Of a stretch of 53,456 bases of DNA, positions 10,183-18,892 are shown in pieces. Source of the stretch: a virus (lineage: Duplodnaviria > Caudoviricetes); the IMG/VR virus record IMGVR_UViG_3300032050_000182, positions 1 through 53,456 of that record; one strand, given 5' to 3'. The translations under genes were made by a program, and so were the position numbers. Below the pieces are notes generated by a model. The model saw only the letters and a list, made by a program, of their open reading frames with translations. It was not told the origin of the DNA and ran no database searches. The first letter of the stretch is position 1. Each line of letters opens with the position of its first letter.

Positions 10183-11025
10183 TTACTTCTTCGCCCACTT
10201 CTTGACTACCTCTGCTGCATCAGCAGAAGCGGCTTCAGGCTTCTTGGGCGCAGCCTCACGCAACTTCGGTTCCTCGACTTGAGCAACTTCTGCCGGGGCA
10301 TCAGTCTCGTCGGCCTGATACACAGTCAGTTTGATCGCTGACTCAGCCGCTGCCGAATCACGCTGCTTGGTGATGGCCTCGTAGTCATCCTGCGGAACCG
10401 GAGCCACAGGCGAGAACAACAACTTCGGCACAGGCGACTTCGTGTCGAACTGCATCTTGGTGATCACACGACCTGCCGAGATATTGTTGTTAGCCAACAT
10501 CTGAATGTACGGACGGAACGGGAACTTGCCGCTCTCTTCCTTACCAAAGCACGACGTAGCCGGAAGCACCAACTGCATGACATCCCCTGCCGGATCATGC
10601 GGCAACACAACAGCCGTACGCCACGACAGACGGCAAGCAGCACCGCTGCCACCCTGACCAGAACCCTTCACAGAGAACTGACACTTGTCACAGGCCGAGG
10701 CTTGCGGAGTCTTAACTTCGGCATCGGGAGTCTTACCGTCAGATGACCAACAGGTAGGAGCCGACTTCTCGCCTTCTTTGTACGTGCCTGAGTAGTAAGT
10801 ACGCGCAGCGTTGTGCGCCATCTTCACAAAGATCACGTTCATGTGACGATCTTCAATCGCACCAACTTCCTTGCCACCGGCCATCTTGCGGAATACACCG
10901 CCCTTGATGGAGATGCGCTTAGATCCTGCACCGCCACCACCTGCAACGGCACGAGTATCCTCATCCAACCCTCCCTGAATCTGAGAGAGTTGGCTCTTCA
11001 AACTAGCAATAATATCGTTAGACAT
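10183..11025 (-). CDS. Putative single-stranded DNA-binding/annealing protein
   Basis: 280 aa in replication block; RISIKGGVF, PTCWSSDGKTPD, CDKC..GSG..ACR motifs; low-complexity Ala/Glu tail. Confidence 0.55.
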   Translation of the reverse strand: MSNDIIASLKSQLSQIQGGLDEDTRAVAGGGGAGSKRISIKGGVFRKMAGGKEVGAIEDRHMNVIFVKMAHNAARTYYSGTYKEGEKSAPTCWSSDGKTPDAEVKTPQASACDKCQFSVKGSGQGGSGAACRLSWRTAVVLPHDPAGDVMQLVLPATSCFGKEESGKFPFRPYIQMLANNNISAGRVITKMQFDTKSPVPKLLFSPVAPVPQDDYEAITKQRDSAAAESAIKLTVYQADETDAPAEVAQVEEPKLREAAPKKPEAASADAAEVVKKWAKK

Positions 11026-11039
11026 ATAGACCTCTTGAT

Positions 11040-11435
11040 TTAACTTGCTTTACGTACTGACACGCCATACTCACGCATGACGTTTACACCGGGAGGGAGG
11101 CCGTCTCCCTCGTTATCATCCAAGAACTGCTTGAAGTTACCCTGATGGATACGCTTCTCAAGAAGTTGGACTGCATCGTGATCTAGAACAAACTTGTAGA
11201 AGTTGTCCCAGTCGGTGCAGAAATACTTCTCCTTCAACCTACGCATGACTGTGCCATGTGAAGTCTTGATGCTATCGGCATTCACCGAATTGCAGACATC
11301 CAACATAGCAGCCTCTAACTTCACCATCTCGTTCTCCAGTTCTTTGTCAGCCGCTTCGTATTCACGGAGAATTGCTTCGCGCTGATTACGGATCTGAAGA
11401 TACGCATTCACCAAATCTTCGGTATTGATACTCAT
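11040..11435 (-). CDS. Conserved phage replication-module protein
   Basis: 131 aa, N-terminal coiled coil then SIKTSHGTV...DWDNFY...LLEKRI...PPGVN; RBS GAGGTG. Confidence 0.6.
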   Translation of the reverse strand: MSINTEDLVNAYLQIRNQREAILREYEAADKELENEMVKLEAAMLDVCNSVNADSIKTSHGTVMRRLKEKYFCTDWDNFYKFVLDHDAVQLLEKRIHQGNFKQFLDDNEGDGLPPGVNVMREYGVSVRKAS

Positions 11436-11436
11436 C

Positions 11437-13023
11437 TCACACCTCGTCTAATTCCTGTTTATACAAGTCCACAATCTTCTGGTGGCTATCCACCTTTCCT
11501 TGCAACATCGAATACATCTTTCTCTCAACGTCAGAACCTTGGAGATGCACCACAGTCATCTTGTTCTGTTGTCCCACTCGGTCGATTCGCCCAATACATT
11601 GCAGGTAGGTCTCGACTGACATCACCGGAGACCAGAACACAATCGTGTCTGCGGCAGTCAGCGTGATACCGTGCGATGCAGATTGAGGCTGAATCACTAG
11701 CACTCGCGGATCAGGAGCCGTCTGGAATTTATTGACGATCTCCGATCTACCTTGTGCGCTAACAGAGCCTTGAATAACTGCGGTTGATATCCCTTGCTTT
11801 CTCAAGTACGCCACGACTACATCAATAGTGTGGATGTACGGAACGAATATTACTACTTTGTTGGACGTTTCGTCTAGTACTTCTTGCAAAGCATTTAGGC
11901 GAGGGGAGACATCGAACTCCACAACGTCATGCTTGTCGGTGTAGACCGCACCGCCTGAAATCTGTAGCAACTTGTTGAGACTGGCTGCGGCATTGACCGC
12001 GCTGATTTGTTCACCCGCTGCTTCGATAAGAAGTTGTTGCCTCAACGCCTTGTAGTACTGAGCTACTTGTGTCGTGAGTGGAACATCGCGTGTCTGATAA
12101 GTAAGTTCTGGAAGATCCAGACAGTCTTTCTTGCAATGCCGCACGGCGGGTTGCAGCGCATTGAAGACCTCGACCTGTGCCGTAGGCTTCGGCAACCACT
12201 TAAACCGAGTGACCGGATACATCACCCTGTCACGCCACGCCGTCGTGAACTTCGGAACCCGGTACGGCGAAACAAGTTTAGCAATGCCAAACGCATCGAC
12301 CGGAGACTGCGAGGCCGGTGTGCCGGTCATCATCCACAGCCACGTGTGGGGCTGAATCAATTTGGCCAGAGTCTTCCAACGCCGAGTCGATGTGGCCTTG
12401 TATGCGTTCGCTTCGTCTACGATGATCAGGTCGTAGTTAGCCTCAAGCAGTTCTTTGAAGACGATATGTGTGCCGTCAAAGTTGATGATCGTGAAGTCGG
12501 CATTGTCATCGATTAGATTCTTGCGCTTGGTAGCCGAGCCGTGAGCGATGGCGCAGCGACGGTGCATTGCTGTCTTGAAGATGTCTGCTTGCCACGCCGA
12601 GTACATGATCGACAACGGGCAGATCACAAGTACCTTCTTGATAATGCCTTGGTTCATCAGGTAGTCAGCCGCCCAGATCGCCGCTGATGTCTTACCTGTA
12701 CCTGCCTCGTTGAAACAGAACGCACGGGGTCGGAGCGACAGGAACGATGCCGTATCCCGCTGATGTTCAAACGGTGTGTGGAATCCCGGCCATGCGTAAT
12801 CTCGCATAATGGGCGAGGGGATCTTTGGCAGCGACGGGTTGGGTTGTTCTAGATCAAAGATCGTTGCCAACTTCATCGCTTCTTGGTGTCCCCAGTACAC
12901 CAACAATTCTTTGTAATCCTCGTCCGACTTCAGGATCTCGCACTTCTCAATGCGTGAGTAGGCTTCATCCGCTATCTGCGGATTCACCTGAAACTGAAGT
13001 GCTGTGTTCTCAATTACTTGCAT
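11437..13023 (-). CDS. SNF2-family (SF2) DNA helicase
   Basis: Motif I EAGTGKT, motif II IIVDEAN, motif III MTGTP, motif VI QCIGRIDRVGQ. Confidence 0.9.
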   Translation of the reverse strand: MQVIENTALQFQVNPQIADEAYSRIEKCEILKSDEDYKELLVYWGHQEAMKLATIFDLEQPNPSLPKIPSPIMRDYAWPGFHTPFEHQRDTASFLSLRPRAFCFNEAGTGKTSAAIWAADYLMNQGIIKKVLVICPLSIMYSAWQADIFKTAMHRRCAIAHGSATKRKNLIDDNADFTIINFDGTHIVFKELLEANYDLIIVDEANAYKATSTRRWKTLAKLIQPHTWLWMMTGTPASQSPVDAFGIAKLVSPYRVPKFTTAWRDRVMYPVTRFKWLPKPTAQVEVFNALQPAVRHCKKDCLDLPELTYQTRDVPLTTQVAQYYKALRQQLLIEAAGEQISAVNAAASLNKLLQISGGAVYTDKHDVVEFDVSPRLNALQEVLDETSNKVVIFVPYIHTIDVVVAYLRKQGISTAVIQGSVSAQGRSEIVNKFQTAPDPRVLVIQPQSASHGITLTAADTIVFWSPVMSVETYLQCIGRIDRVGQQNKMTVVHLQGSDVERKMYSMLQGKVDSHQKIVDLYKQELDEV

Positions 13024-13056
13024 TATATAAACCTAACTATACACCTACGCTGAATT

Positions 13057-13076
13057 AAAAAGCCCGTAACGTGGGC
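13057..13076 (-). terminator. Intrinsic terminator ending the candidate sRNA
   Basis: GCCC-ACGTTAC-GGGC-TTTTT on the minus strand; short stem. Confidence 0.6.
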
Positions 13077-13211
13077 CAGTCGTCTGAAGCATGGGAGAAA
13101 GTGTAAGACCATCTTCAGATGACGCAGTTAATTTGTTGGGTGGACTAAACCCTGTGGGTGAGGTGTGAATGACCCACGCCGCTATGGTCACTTGCGCCTT
13201 AGCCAAGCGGC
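13057..13211 (-). ncRNA. Candidate multi-hairpin small RNA with anti-RBS loops
   Basis: Non-coding gap bounded by a sigma70-like promoter (predicted +1 near 13211) and a terminator; stem-loops at 13178-13211, 13154-13177, 13138-13152 and 13079-13123; loops complementary to phage RBS regions. Confidence 0.65.
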
Positions 13212-13217
13212 ATAGAA

Positions 13218-13246
13218 TTTATAAGGACTCCTTACCCATTAGTCAA
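13218..13246 (-). promoter_or_regulatory. Sigma70-like promoter
   Basis: TTGACT-17 nt-TATAAA. Confidence 0.7.
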
Positions 13247-13250
13247 CCCT

Positions 13251-13505
13251 TTACTTCATGGAGCCGTCAGACTTTCTTCGGAAGGAGCGGTTCTTGCCGG
13301 GTGACTCAAGACGAGTTCCCTGCTTGTTGCTGCCGCCCTTCGATAGTGCTTTGACATGGGCAACGTCCTTACCGTTTCGGCTAATACCTTTCTTATCGTA
13401 GGAACGACGCGCTCGCTGGCGCTCCATGCGGTTCTCGTGTTCGCCTCTTTCGACCTGCTGCTTGTACTCTTTTTTGTACGGGCGGCTCTTGTTCACGTAC
13501 GGCAT
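13251..13505 (-). CDS. HNH-like small basic protein
   Basis: GKDVAHVKALSKGGSN...NRS pattern typical of phage HNH-fold proteins. Confidence 0.65.
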   Translation of the reverse strand: MPYVNKSRPYKKEYKQQVERGEHENRMERQRARRSYDKKGISRNGKDVAHVKALSKGGSNKQGTRLESPGKNRSFRRKSDGSMK

Positions 13506-14165
13506 CTATCTTCCTCCAAAATACTTGCATGACTCGACCGGGCAATGCTTGCGGCACAAGCCTGTCGGATTCGGTGGCCAGATCGCATTGTCGAACGCGA
13601 TGTGTAGCCTTTCAAGATCTGTCTCAAACGACTTCCAAAGTACGTCAGACGACTCCCGATGATACTCCTCCGTCACGAAAGCATTGTGTAGAAGAAACAT
13701 CAACGCTGACTTGATCTGAGCTACCTCGGGAAAGTGTGCAAACACCATCAGTCCCATCAACTTCAACTGATTCGGGTCGGCATACGTCGGCTTGCCTGTC
13801 TTGTAGTCCACGATGAATGCCGTGTCCCCGTCGATCACAAGCAAGTCGGCGATGCCCCTTACCCAATAAGTCTCGCCATGAAAGTCGCAGGGCTTCCGAT
13901 CAATGTCGAGAGCCATCTCATGTTCGCAATACCTCGTGCCCGGTATCTCTAGCAGCGGGTCAACCATCTTCCGAAAGTCATCGTAGAACCTCGGCAGCGG
14001 TGTCCCGTCTCTTACGTAATGCTCTAGTGCCGTGTGAACTTCCTTACCGTACCGGGCATCGTCGCCCTCTCTGGATATAAAGTTCTTAGCGACACGGATC
14101 TCATAGTACTGACGCGGACAAGTCTTGTACTGCTTGAGACTACTGTAACTCCATCTAATCATCAA
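13506..14165 (-). CDS. PD-(D/E)XK Cas4/RecB-like exonuclease
   Basis: WSYSSL..Y..CP, GKEVH, RGIADL, IVDYKTGK, QL, C-terminal C..C..C. Confidence 0.85.
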   Translation of the reverse strand: MMIRWSYSSLKQYKTCPRQYYEIRVAKNFISREGDDARYGKEVHTALEHYVRDGTPLPRFYDDFRKMVDPLLEIPGTRYCEHEMALDIDRKPCDFHGETYWVRGIADLLVIDGDTAFIVDYKTGKPTYADPNQLKLMGLMVFAHFPEVAQIKSALMFLLHNAFVTEEYHRESSDVLWKSFETDLERLHIAFDNAIWPPNPTGLCRKHCPVESCKYFGGR

Positions 14166-14628
14166 AACTGCCCCACATTACTTCGTTGTAGTCAAATGTG
14201 TTTTCAAAGCAGTCCTCAATAAACACAAGATTGTTGCTAAACCCTTCAACGGTATTGTTGTAGGTATAAACCTTGTGGGGAATGTTGATCTCCCTACGAT
14301 AGAACTGCCAACCTTTCTGGGTCGGTTTCCACAAACCGCTGTACTTGGTTTTGTTCACATCGTTCTTGTGGCATCGTTCGACCAAACCCCACCATGCTAA
14401 TGTAGGTAGTTGGTTGGTTCGTACGATGGATCGCGGCGCGGTATTGGGTACATCAACCCATGCGTCCGGGTCTTGCAACGCTTCTCGGCACAACCAGATC
14501 AATGAACGTGCCATCGTCATATTTAGGGAGCGTCCGTAGACTTTGCCCCAACGATCACAAACGGGGCACACACCGCCCTCATCGTGAATAGTATGTTCCC
14601 AGTCTTCTCTCAACTTTCTCAATTCCAT
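14155..14628 (-). CDS. Hypothetical protein with CxxC
   Basis: 157 aa ORF tightly packed between polymerase and exonuclease; CPVC. Confidence 0.6.
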   Translation of the reverse strand: MELRKLREDWEHTIHDEGGVCPVCDRWGKVYGRSLNMTMARSLIWLCREALQDPDAWVDVPNTAPRSIVRTNQLPTLAWWGLVERCHKNDVNKTKYSGLWKPTQKGWQFYRREINIPHKVYTYNNTVEGFSNNLVFIEDCFENTFDYNEVMWGSFDD

Positions 14629-14630
14629 AA

Positions 14631-16487
14631 TTAACAGTCTCCGTAGGATTCACCACACTTTGCTTCACAGGCTACGGGTAATCCGATAGCCCAATCTGGT
14701 GGAGTAGACATTACTTTAGTTATGAACGCAAGTGCTTCATCTTGCTCACTTTTTGGAGCGACGATTACTGCTGCGTCATGCACGGTCAGTACTGGACGGT
14801 AGTGGTCTCTAATAGACAACATCTGTTCGCCAACAATAATTCTGGCTAGTGCCTGCACCACGTTCTCAACGACAGCCCCGCCCCAGATCGTGACCTTACC
14901 CTTGCGGGAGTCGTAGGTAGCCTTGCCATCCTCCTGCCTCAAGTTCGGATAATGAATGTACAAACCGTTCGGTAATTTGATACCTGCTGGGCCAACCTCA
15001 AGAACTTTGTGCTTACCCAAGTAATACGGACGGCGATCCCTAGACCAACCCATCATGTCGTCCAACGCACGATCCGAATCCCGCCAGAACTCTGTGATCT
15101 TGTCGTTCTCTTTCCGATACAGATCGACGATGCGCTTGCACTCTTCCTCGGCCAAATCCGCACCGGGTGGCTGCGTCTTCAACGTGTGCTGAAGTTTCTT
15201 TGCACCTGTGCCATACCCCAGACCTAGTATGCAGGTCTTTCCGACAAAGCGTTCAACGGGGTTTGCTTTGCTGATGGGCTGCTTATAGATCTTGCTGGCA
15301 AAGACGCTATAAACGTCGTCTCCTTTAGCAAACTGTTCAACCACATCTGTCTGTCCTGCCAACCACGCAAGCACACGGGCTTCGATCTGCGATGAGTCAC
15401 AGTTGATAACCACGTGATCCTTCGGAGCCATGACTGAGTTCTTCAAGGCTTTCTTTTTCTTGTCGCGGCTCGGCAGGTTCTGGAAGTTTACCGAATCGGC
15501 TCCTGCCCAACGCCCGGTGTGCGCCCCGTAATACTTCAACGGAATTGGAAGTAATCCTTTGTTCCTAGCGCCGATGCCGATGAATCTCTCCACGCGAGAC
15601 TCTTCGATGGTGGACTTCGTACCCAACCGGACAGCACACAACTGCTGAATGAACGGATCTTCGTGTTCCGATAACGCGATAAACCCCTCGTCGTTCTTGG
15701 CAAGAGCGTATGTCTCCTTGCCTGTCGTGGGGGATATCTTCAGAGGAACCGTAATCCCGCTGTCTTCCAAAACGGCAGCAAACTGTTTGTTGCTTGCGAG
15801 TTTCTTCCGCACTTCCTCTTCGTTGCCTACCTCAAGAGTATCCATGAGGCCACGCAACAACGTGGACTTCTCCTGTCGGATCTCATCCAAGCGTTCAACC
15901 AACAACGCATCATCCACCCGCAGTACCGGCATCGTGTACATGCGGATCGTCATGTCGATCAGGTCGAGTTCGCTTTGAGGGAATCTCTCAATAAGCCTAT
16001 TAAAAAGATTATAGGTAAGATCAACATCGTTGCGGCAATAACCAGCATACCGATCAAGATCTCCACTATTAAAATCCAACCTCTTCTTACCCAACGCATT
16101 GACTACCTCCGTCCCTTTCTCTCCAAGTTCGTATCTTTTGACAAGCGCAGATAATGATCCACCTGCATCTACACCATGTAATGCTCTCGCTATACACAAC
16201 GTATCAAAGTAGTAAGCTGGCACGATCCCGAAAATGAATGACAGGATGCCGCCATCAAACTGCGTGTTGTGGCACAGGAGCGCAGACGTATTCCAGTCCA
16301 CCTGATTCAGCCACGCCTTGATCTCCTCGTGCGTACCGCTGAACCATTGTGTCTCGTCCTCGTCAATCTTCATCGCAACGCCGATCACCTCAAATCTCGG
16401 GTCGCGGATGTATTCTTCAGTTGTTAGCCTCTTCAGACTGAACTGCTGATCGTAATAAGTCTCAAAGTCCAACGTCACGAAACTCAT
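14631..16487 (-). CDS. polA: DNA polymerase family A with 3'-5' exonuclease domain
   Basis: Exo motifs LDFET, HNTQFD, YCRND; HTGRW, motif A DSSQIEAR, motif B RFVGKTCILGLGYG, motif C TVHD. Confidence 0.92.
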   Translation of the reverse strand: MSFVTLDFETYYDQQFSLKRLTTEEYIRDPRFEVIGVAMKIDEDETQWFSGTHEEIKAWLNQVDWNTSALLCHNTQFDGGILSFIFGIVPAYYFDTLCIARALHGVDAGGSLSALVKRYELGEKGTEVVNALGKKRLDFNSGDLDRYAGYCRNDVDLTYNLFNRLIERFPQSELDLIDMTIRMYTMPVLRVDDALLVERLDEIRQEKSTLLRGLMDTLEVGNEEEVRKKLASNKQFAAVLEDSGITVPLKISPTTGKETYALAKNDEGFIALSEHEDPFIQQLCAVRLGTKSTIEESRVERFIGIGARNKGLLPIPLKYYGAHTGRWAGADSVNFQNLPSRDKKKKALKNSVMAPKDHVVINCDSSQIEARVLAWLAGQTDVVEQFAKGDDVYSVFASKIYKQPISKANPVERFVGKTCILGLGYGTGAKKLQHTLKTQPPGADLAEEECKRIVDLYRKENDKITEFWRDSDRALDDMMGWSRDRRPYYLGKHKVLEVGPAGIKLPNGLYIHYPNLRQEDGKATYDSRKGKVTIWGGAVVENVVQALARIIVGEQMLSIRDHYRPVLTVHDAAVIVAPKSEQDEALAFITKVMSTPPDWAIGLPVACEAKCGESYGDC

Positions 16488-16672
16488 TTCTTATTTAATT
16501 CCCTTACGTAGACCCAACCCCTGCCTGTCTCAATAAACCCTGCTGCTGCAAGGGCTTCTACTGAACGGCACGAACCAAACTTGTAGTACCTATGTGATCT
16601 GAACGATTCTGGTGTAGCAAACTTGCGCTTACACTCAGTACACCTTCTTTCCTTTTTTACCACGACTGTCAC
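16484..16672 (-). CDS. Small zinc-finger protein (FDXHR-like)
   Basis: CTEC...F.T..SFRSHR....C; ATGA overlap with polymerase start. Confidence 0.6.
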   Translation of the reverse strand: MTVVVKKERRCTECKRKFATPESFRSHRYYKFGSCRSVEALAAAGFIETGRGWVYVRELNKK

Positions 16673-16835
16673 TTTCTAACCTCGCTACTTCCTTTCTCAA
16701 CCAAATGATTTCGTGGTGGCACTGCCACAACACGCTTCCCACCGTCAAGAACTTCATCTCTGTTGTCGTTGACGCATCGTTGACCTCGTTTGGTAAGGCA
16801 CGAATTAGATCTAAGATATCGTCTTCAATTTCCAT
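16635..16835 (-). CDS. Hypothetical protein
   Basis: 66 aa, RBS GAGG, overlaps both neighbours. Confidence 0.6.
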   Translation of the reverse strand: MEIEDDILDLIRALPNEVNDASTTTEMKFLTVGSVLWQCHHEIIWLRKEVARLESDSRGKKGKKVY

Positions 16836-17532
16836 ACGCCCTCTTAATTACTAACATCTGCGGGTAGTACCGTATTTCATCGATCAGATTCTTACCGTCC
16901 ACTTCCTGCATCAGGTAGTCCATAAACTTCACGATCTCGGCTCGGTTGTTCACCGCTGCCGGATTGAAGTACTTACGGAACTGTTCGGTGTATGCAGGGT
17001 TATACGTGCAGCCCAAGTCTTCAATGACGTAGTACCCGCCATGCGCTACGTCCTGAAAACAATTACTAAACATCGCCACCATGTCCTCAGCAATGTGCGA
17101 GGCGTCATCCACGAACAGGTCAACCGTTTGCGGCAGCATCTCGTTGGACTTGCACAGATCAGCGATACGGATCTCGACATTCTCCATGTCCTTACAGAGT
17201 TCTTTACACTCTGGTCGAATGTCATACCCGATGATCTCGGATGCAGGGAGATAGTTACCCCACATGCGGAGTGATGCGCCACACGCAACACCTGCCTCAA
17301 CCACAAGCAACTCTGCCTTCTTACGATCCCGCCCTGCCAACAACTCACTAACGATCTTCTCGTAGTGCTTGGTGTAATTGTGTTTGATCGTACCCTTGTC
17401 GCTGCCGTACAGATCGGCAAGACCTTGCAGCGAGAGTTCGGTCAGATCAACCTCACCTACGTTAGGCACGTACTCTTCTGGGTTAACGGTATCCAGATAC
17501 CGGCGCACCCCACCTCTAGCGTTTCGATCCAC
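16825..17532 (-). CDS. Class I SAM-dependent methyltransferase, sugar O-methyltransferase-like
   Basis: GSDK...HNYTKHY, VEAGVACGASLRMW, GYDI, FVDDASH, GGYYVIEDL motifs as in MycE/TylE-like enzymes. Confidence 0.8.
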   Translation of the reverse strand: MDRNARGGVRRYLDTVNPEEYVPNVGEVDLTELSLQGLADLYGSDKGTIKHNYTKHYEKIVSELLAGRDRKKAELLVVEAGVACGASLRMWGNYLPASEIIGYDIRPECKELCKDMENVEIRIADLCKSNEMLPQTVDLFVDDASHIAEDMVAMFSNCFQDVAHGGYYVIEDLGCTYNPAYTEQFRKYFNPAAVNNRAEIVKFMDYLMQEVDGKNLIDEIRYYPQMLVIKRAYGN

Positions 17533-17731
17533 GTAACAACTCCACTTCAGTCTTCAAAGTACTGAGTTCTAATGAAATCACTGTAGCCTCCGCGAACAAT
17601 CCGGCTCTGCGGATATTCTCCAAGGCTCGCTCTATCTGCTGTTGCTGTGTTTGCCCATAGCCCCACGGTGCTGCACTCATTTCGTTTTTCCATGAACCGG
17701 GCGGCGATTTGTCGTCGTATGTTACTGACAC
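17516..17731 (-). CDS. Hypothetical protein
   Basis: 71 aa, GTG start after GAGG; largely overlapped by upstream ORF in another frame. Confidence 0.55.
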   Translation of the reverse strand: MSVTYDDKSPPGSWKNEMSAAPWGYGQTQQQQIERALENIRRAGLFAEATVISLELSTLKTEVELLRGSKR

Positions 17732-17957
17732 GCTCTTCCTCCTTTATCCGGTCGTCATATTGTTTGATTCCACGGTACACGGCACTAGCCATGTGATGCT
17801 GCTTGATGCCCCAATTCTCTACCAAGTCTTTGTACTTCACCCGCTCGTCATACTCTCTGGCGTATGCCTTTCGTTTCAGCAGAATCTTGTACTGCTCAAG
17901 CGAGAGAACCAAGTTAAACCTCGACGGCTTGGTGTATACACTCAGCCTCTTACGCAC
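17547..17957 (-). CDS. Hypothetical protein (possible HTH in N-terminal half)
   Basis: Likely GTG start at 17957 overlapping the upstream stop; YKDLVENWGIKQHHMASAVYRG is HTH-like. Confidence 0.5.
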   Translation of the reverse strand: MRKRLSVYTKPSRFNLVLSLEQYKILLKRKAYAREYDERVKYKDLVENWGIKQHHMASAVYRGIKQYDDRIKEEERVSNIRRQIAARFMEKRNECSTVGLWANTATADRASLGEYPQSRIVRGGYSDFIRTQYFED

Positions 17958-18216
17958 GTTCCTGCCTCGTCTTATCTCGTACCAGTACAAGCAACTTACA
18001 CATCACGTGCGACTGAGTGCGGTTCTTGTTGTCGATGTCGTACTGCTTGGCGTACATCTCAATGATGTCCCAACGGATAACTTCTAGATCACCGTTGTCA
18101 CCAATCTTCGCCCAGACGGTATCAGCGGGGACTGCCTTAGAGTTACCTTTGCTGATAATCAACTCGGCGTACTCTGCACCATCAGTGGGTGCAACTGCTG
18201 CGGGAACCTTTGCCAT
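17950..18216 (-). CDS. Hypothetical protein
   Basis: 88 aa, RBS/junction GGAGATGTGAGATG. Confidence 0.6.
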   Translation of the reverse strand: MAKVPAAVAPTDGAEYAELIISKGNSKAVPADTVWAKIGDNGDLEVIRWDIIEMYAKQYDIDNKNRTQSHVMCKLLVLVRDKTRQERA

Positions 18217-18217
18217 C

Positions 18218-18892
18218 TCACATCTCCTTCGCTATTGCCAACCACTCGTCGGCGTACTCAACATTCTGCCAATCCTTAAACCACGGCCCACCACGTGTCA
18301 TGTGTACGGCAATCGGGTTCGGGCAGTCGTTCTTGGTGTGCCAACCTTCTAGGTAGTTGTAAGCAATCGGCAATCCACCAATGTGTTCATCGCCCGTCCA
18401 TCTGAACCGATGCAGATACATACCCGTAGCGATGTTCACGGTCTTCGGCGTCAGGATCTCCCGTACATCCTCATGACCACAGTTGAACAGCATCAGGCTC
18501 GACCAATTCTTTCTCGGATATTGGTGCTGCACAGCCCCGTCCATCTTGGTCTCTTCCTTCGGCTTGTACCGATGCTGCACACACATGACGCTGTATTTTG
18601 GATCGGCGTAGTCCATGATCCCTGCTACATCTCCTCGCCAGAGAAAGTCACAGTCCATGAACAACGCCCAACCCTCGTAGCCTGCGAGATACGGCGTGAG
18701 GAAACGAGTAAAGGAAAACTCTGTAGACGACAGCGGGTCATGCTCCCGCCAGTACAGATTCTTCTCACGCAGATCGCTCTGCTTGATCGGCTTGATGTTC
18801 AGTTCGATGGAGGAGTTACGCGCAAGCGACTCCCGACAGACCTGATACGCAATGTCTTCTCGACTGTCCCAACCAATAAATACTTTCATCAC
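18218..18892 (-). CDS. GT-A fold glycosyltransferase (GT8-like)
   Basis: VFIGWDSRE, STEFSFTRFL, DxD motif DCDFL, RKNWSS, HMTRGGPW. Confidence 0.85.
   Translation of the reverse strand: MMKVFIGWDSREDIAYQVCRESLARNSSIELNIKPIKQSDLREKNLYWREHDPLSSTEFSFTRFLTPYLAGYEGWALFMDCDFLWRGDVAGIMDYADPKYSVMCVQHRYKPKEETKMDGAVQHQYPRKNWSSLMLFNCGHEDVREILTPKTVNIATGMYLHRFRWTGDEHIGGLPIAYNYLEGWHTKNDCPNPIAVHMTRGGPWFKDWQNVEYADEWLAIAKEM

Noticed and set aside
13169-13354. Plus-strand 61-aa ORF with an apparently ideal RBS (GAGGTGTGAATG)
   Set aside because: Antisense to the HNH gene within a minus-strand arm, no plus-strand promoter, implausible protein; the RBS look-alike is explained as the complement of the sRNA loop
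13506-14165. Cas4-like nuclease as evidence of a CRISPR-Cas system
   Set aside because: No other cas genes or array; solo Cas4-like exonucleases are routine in phage replication modules
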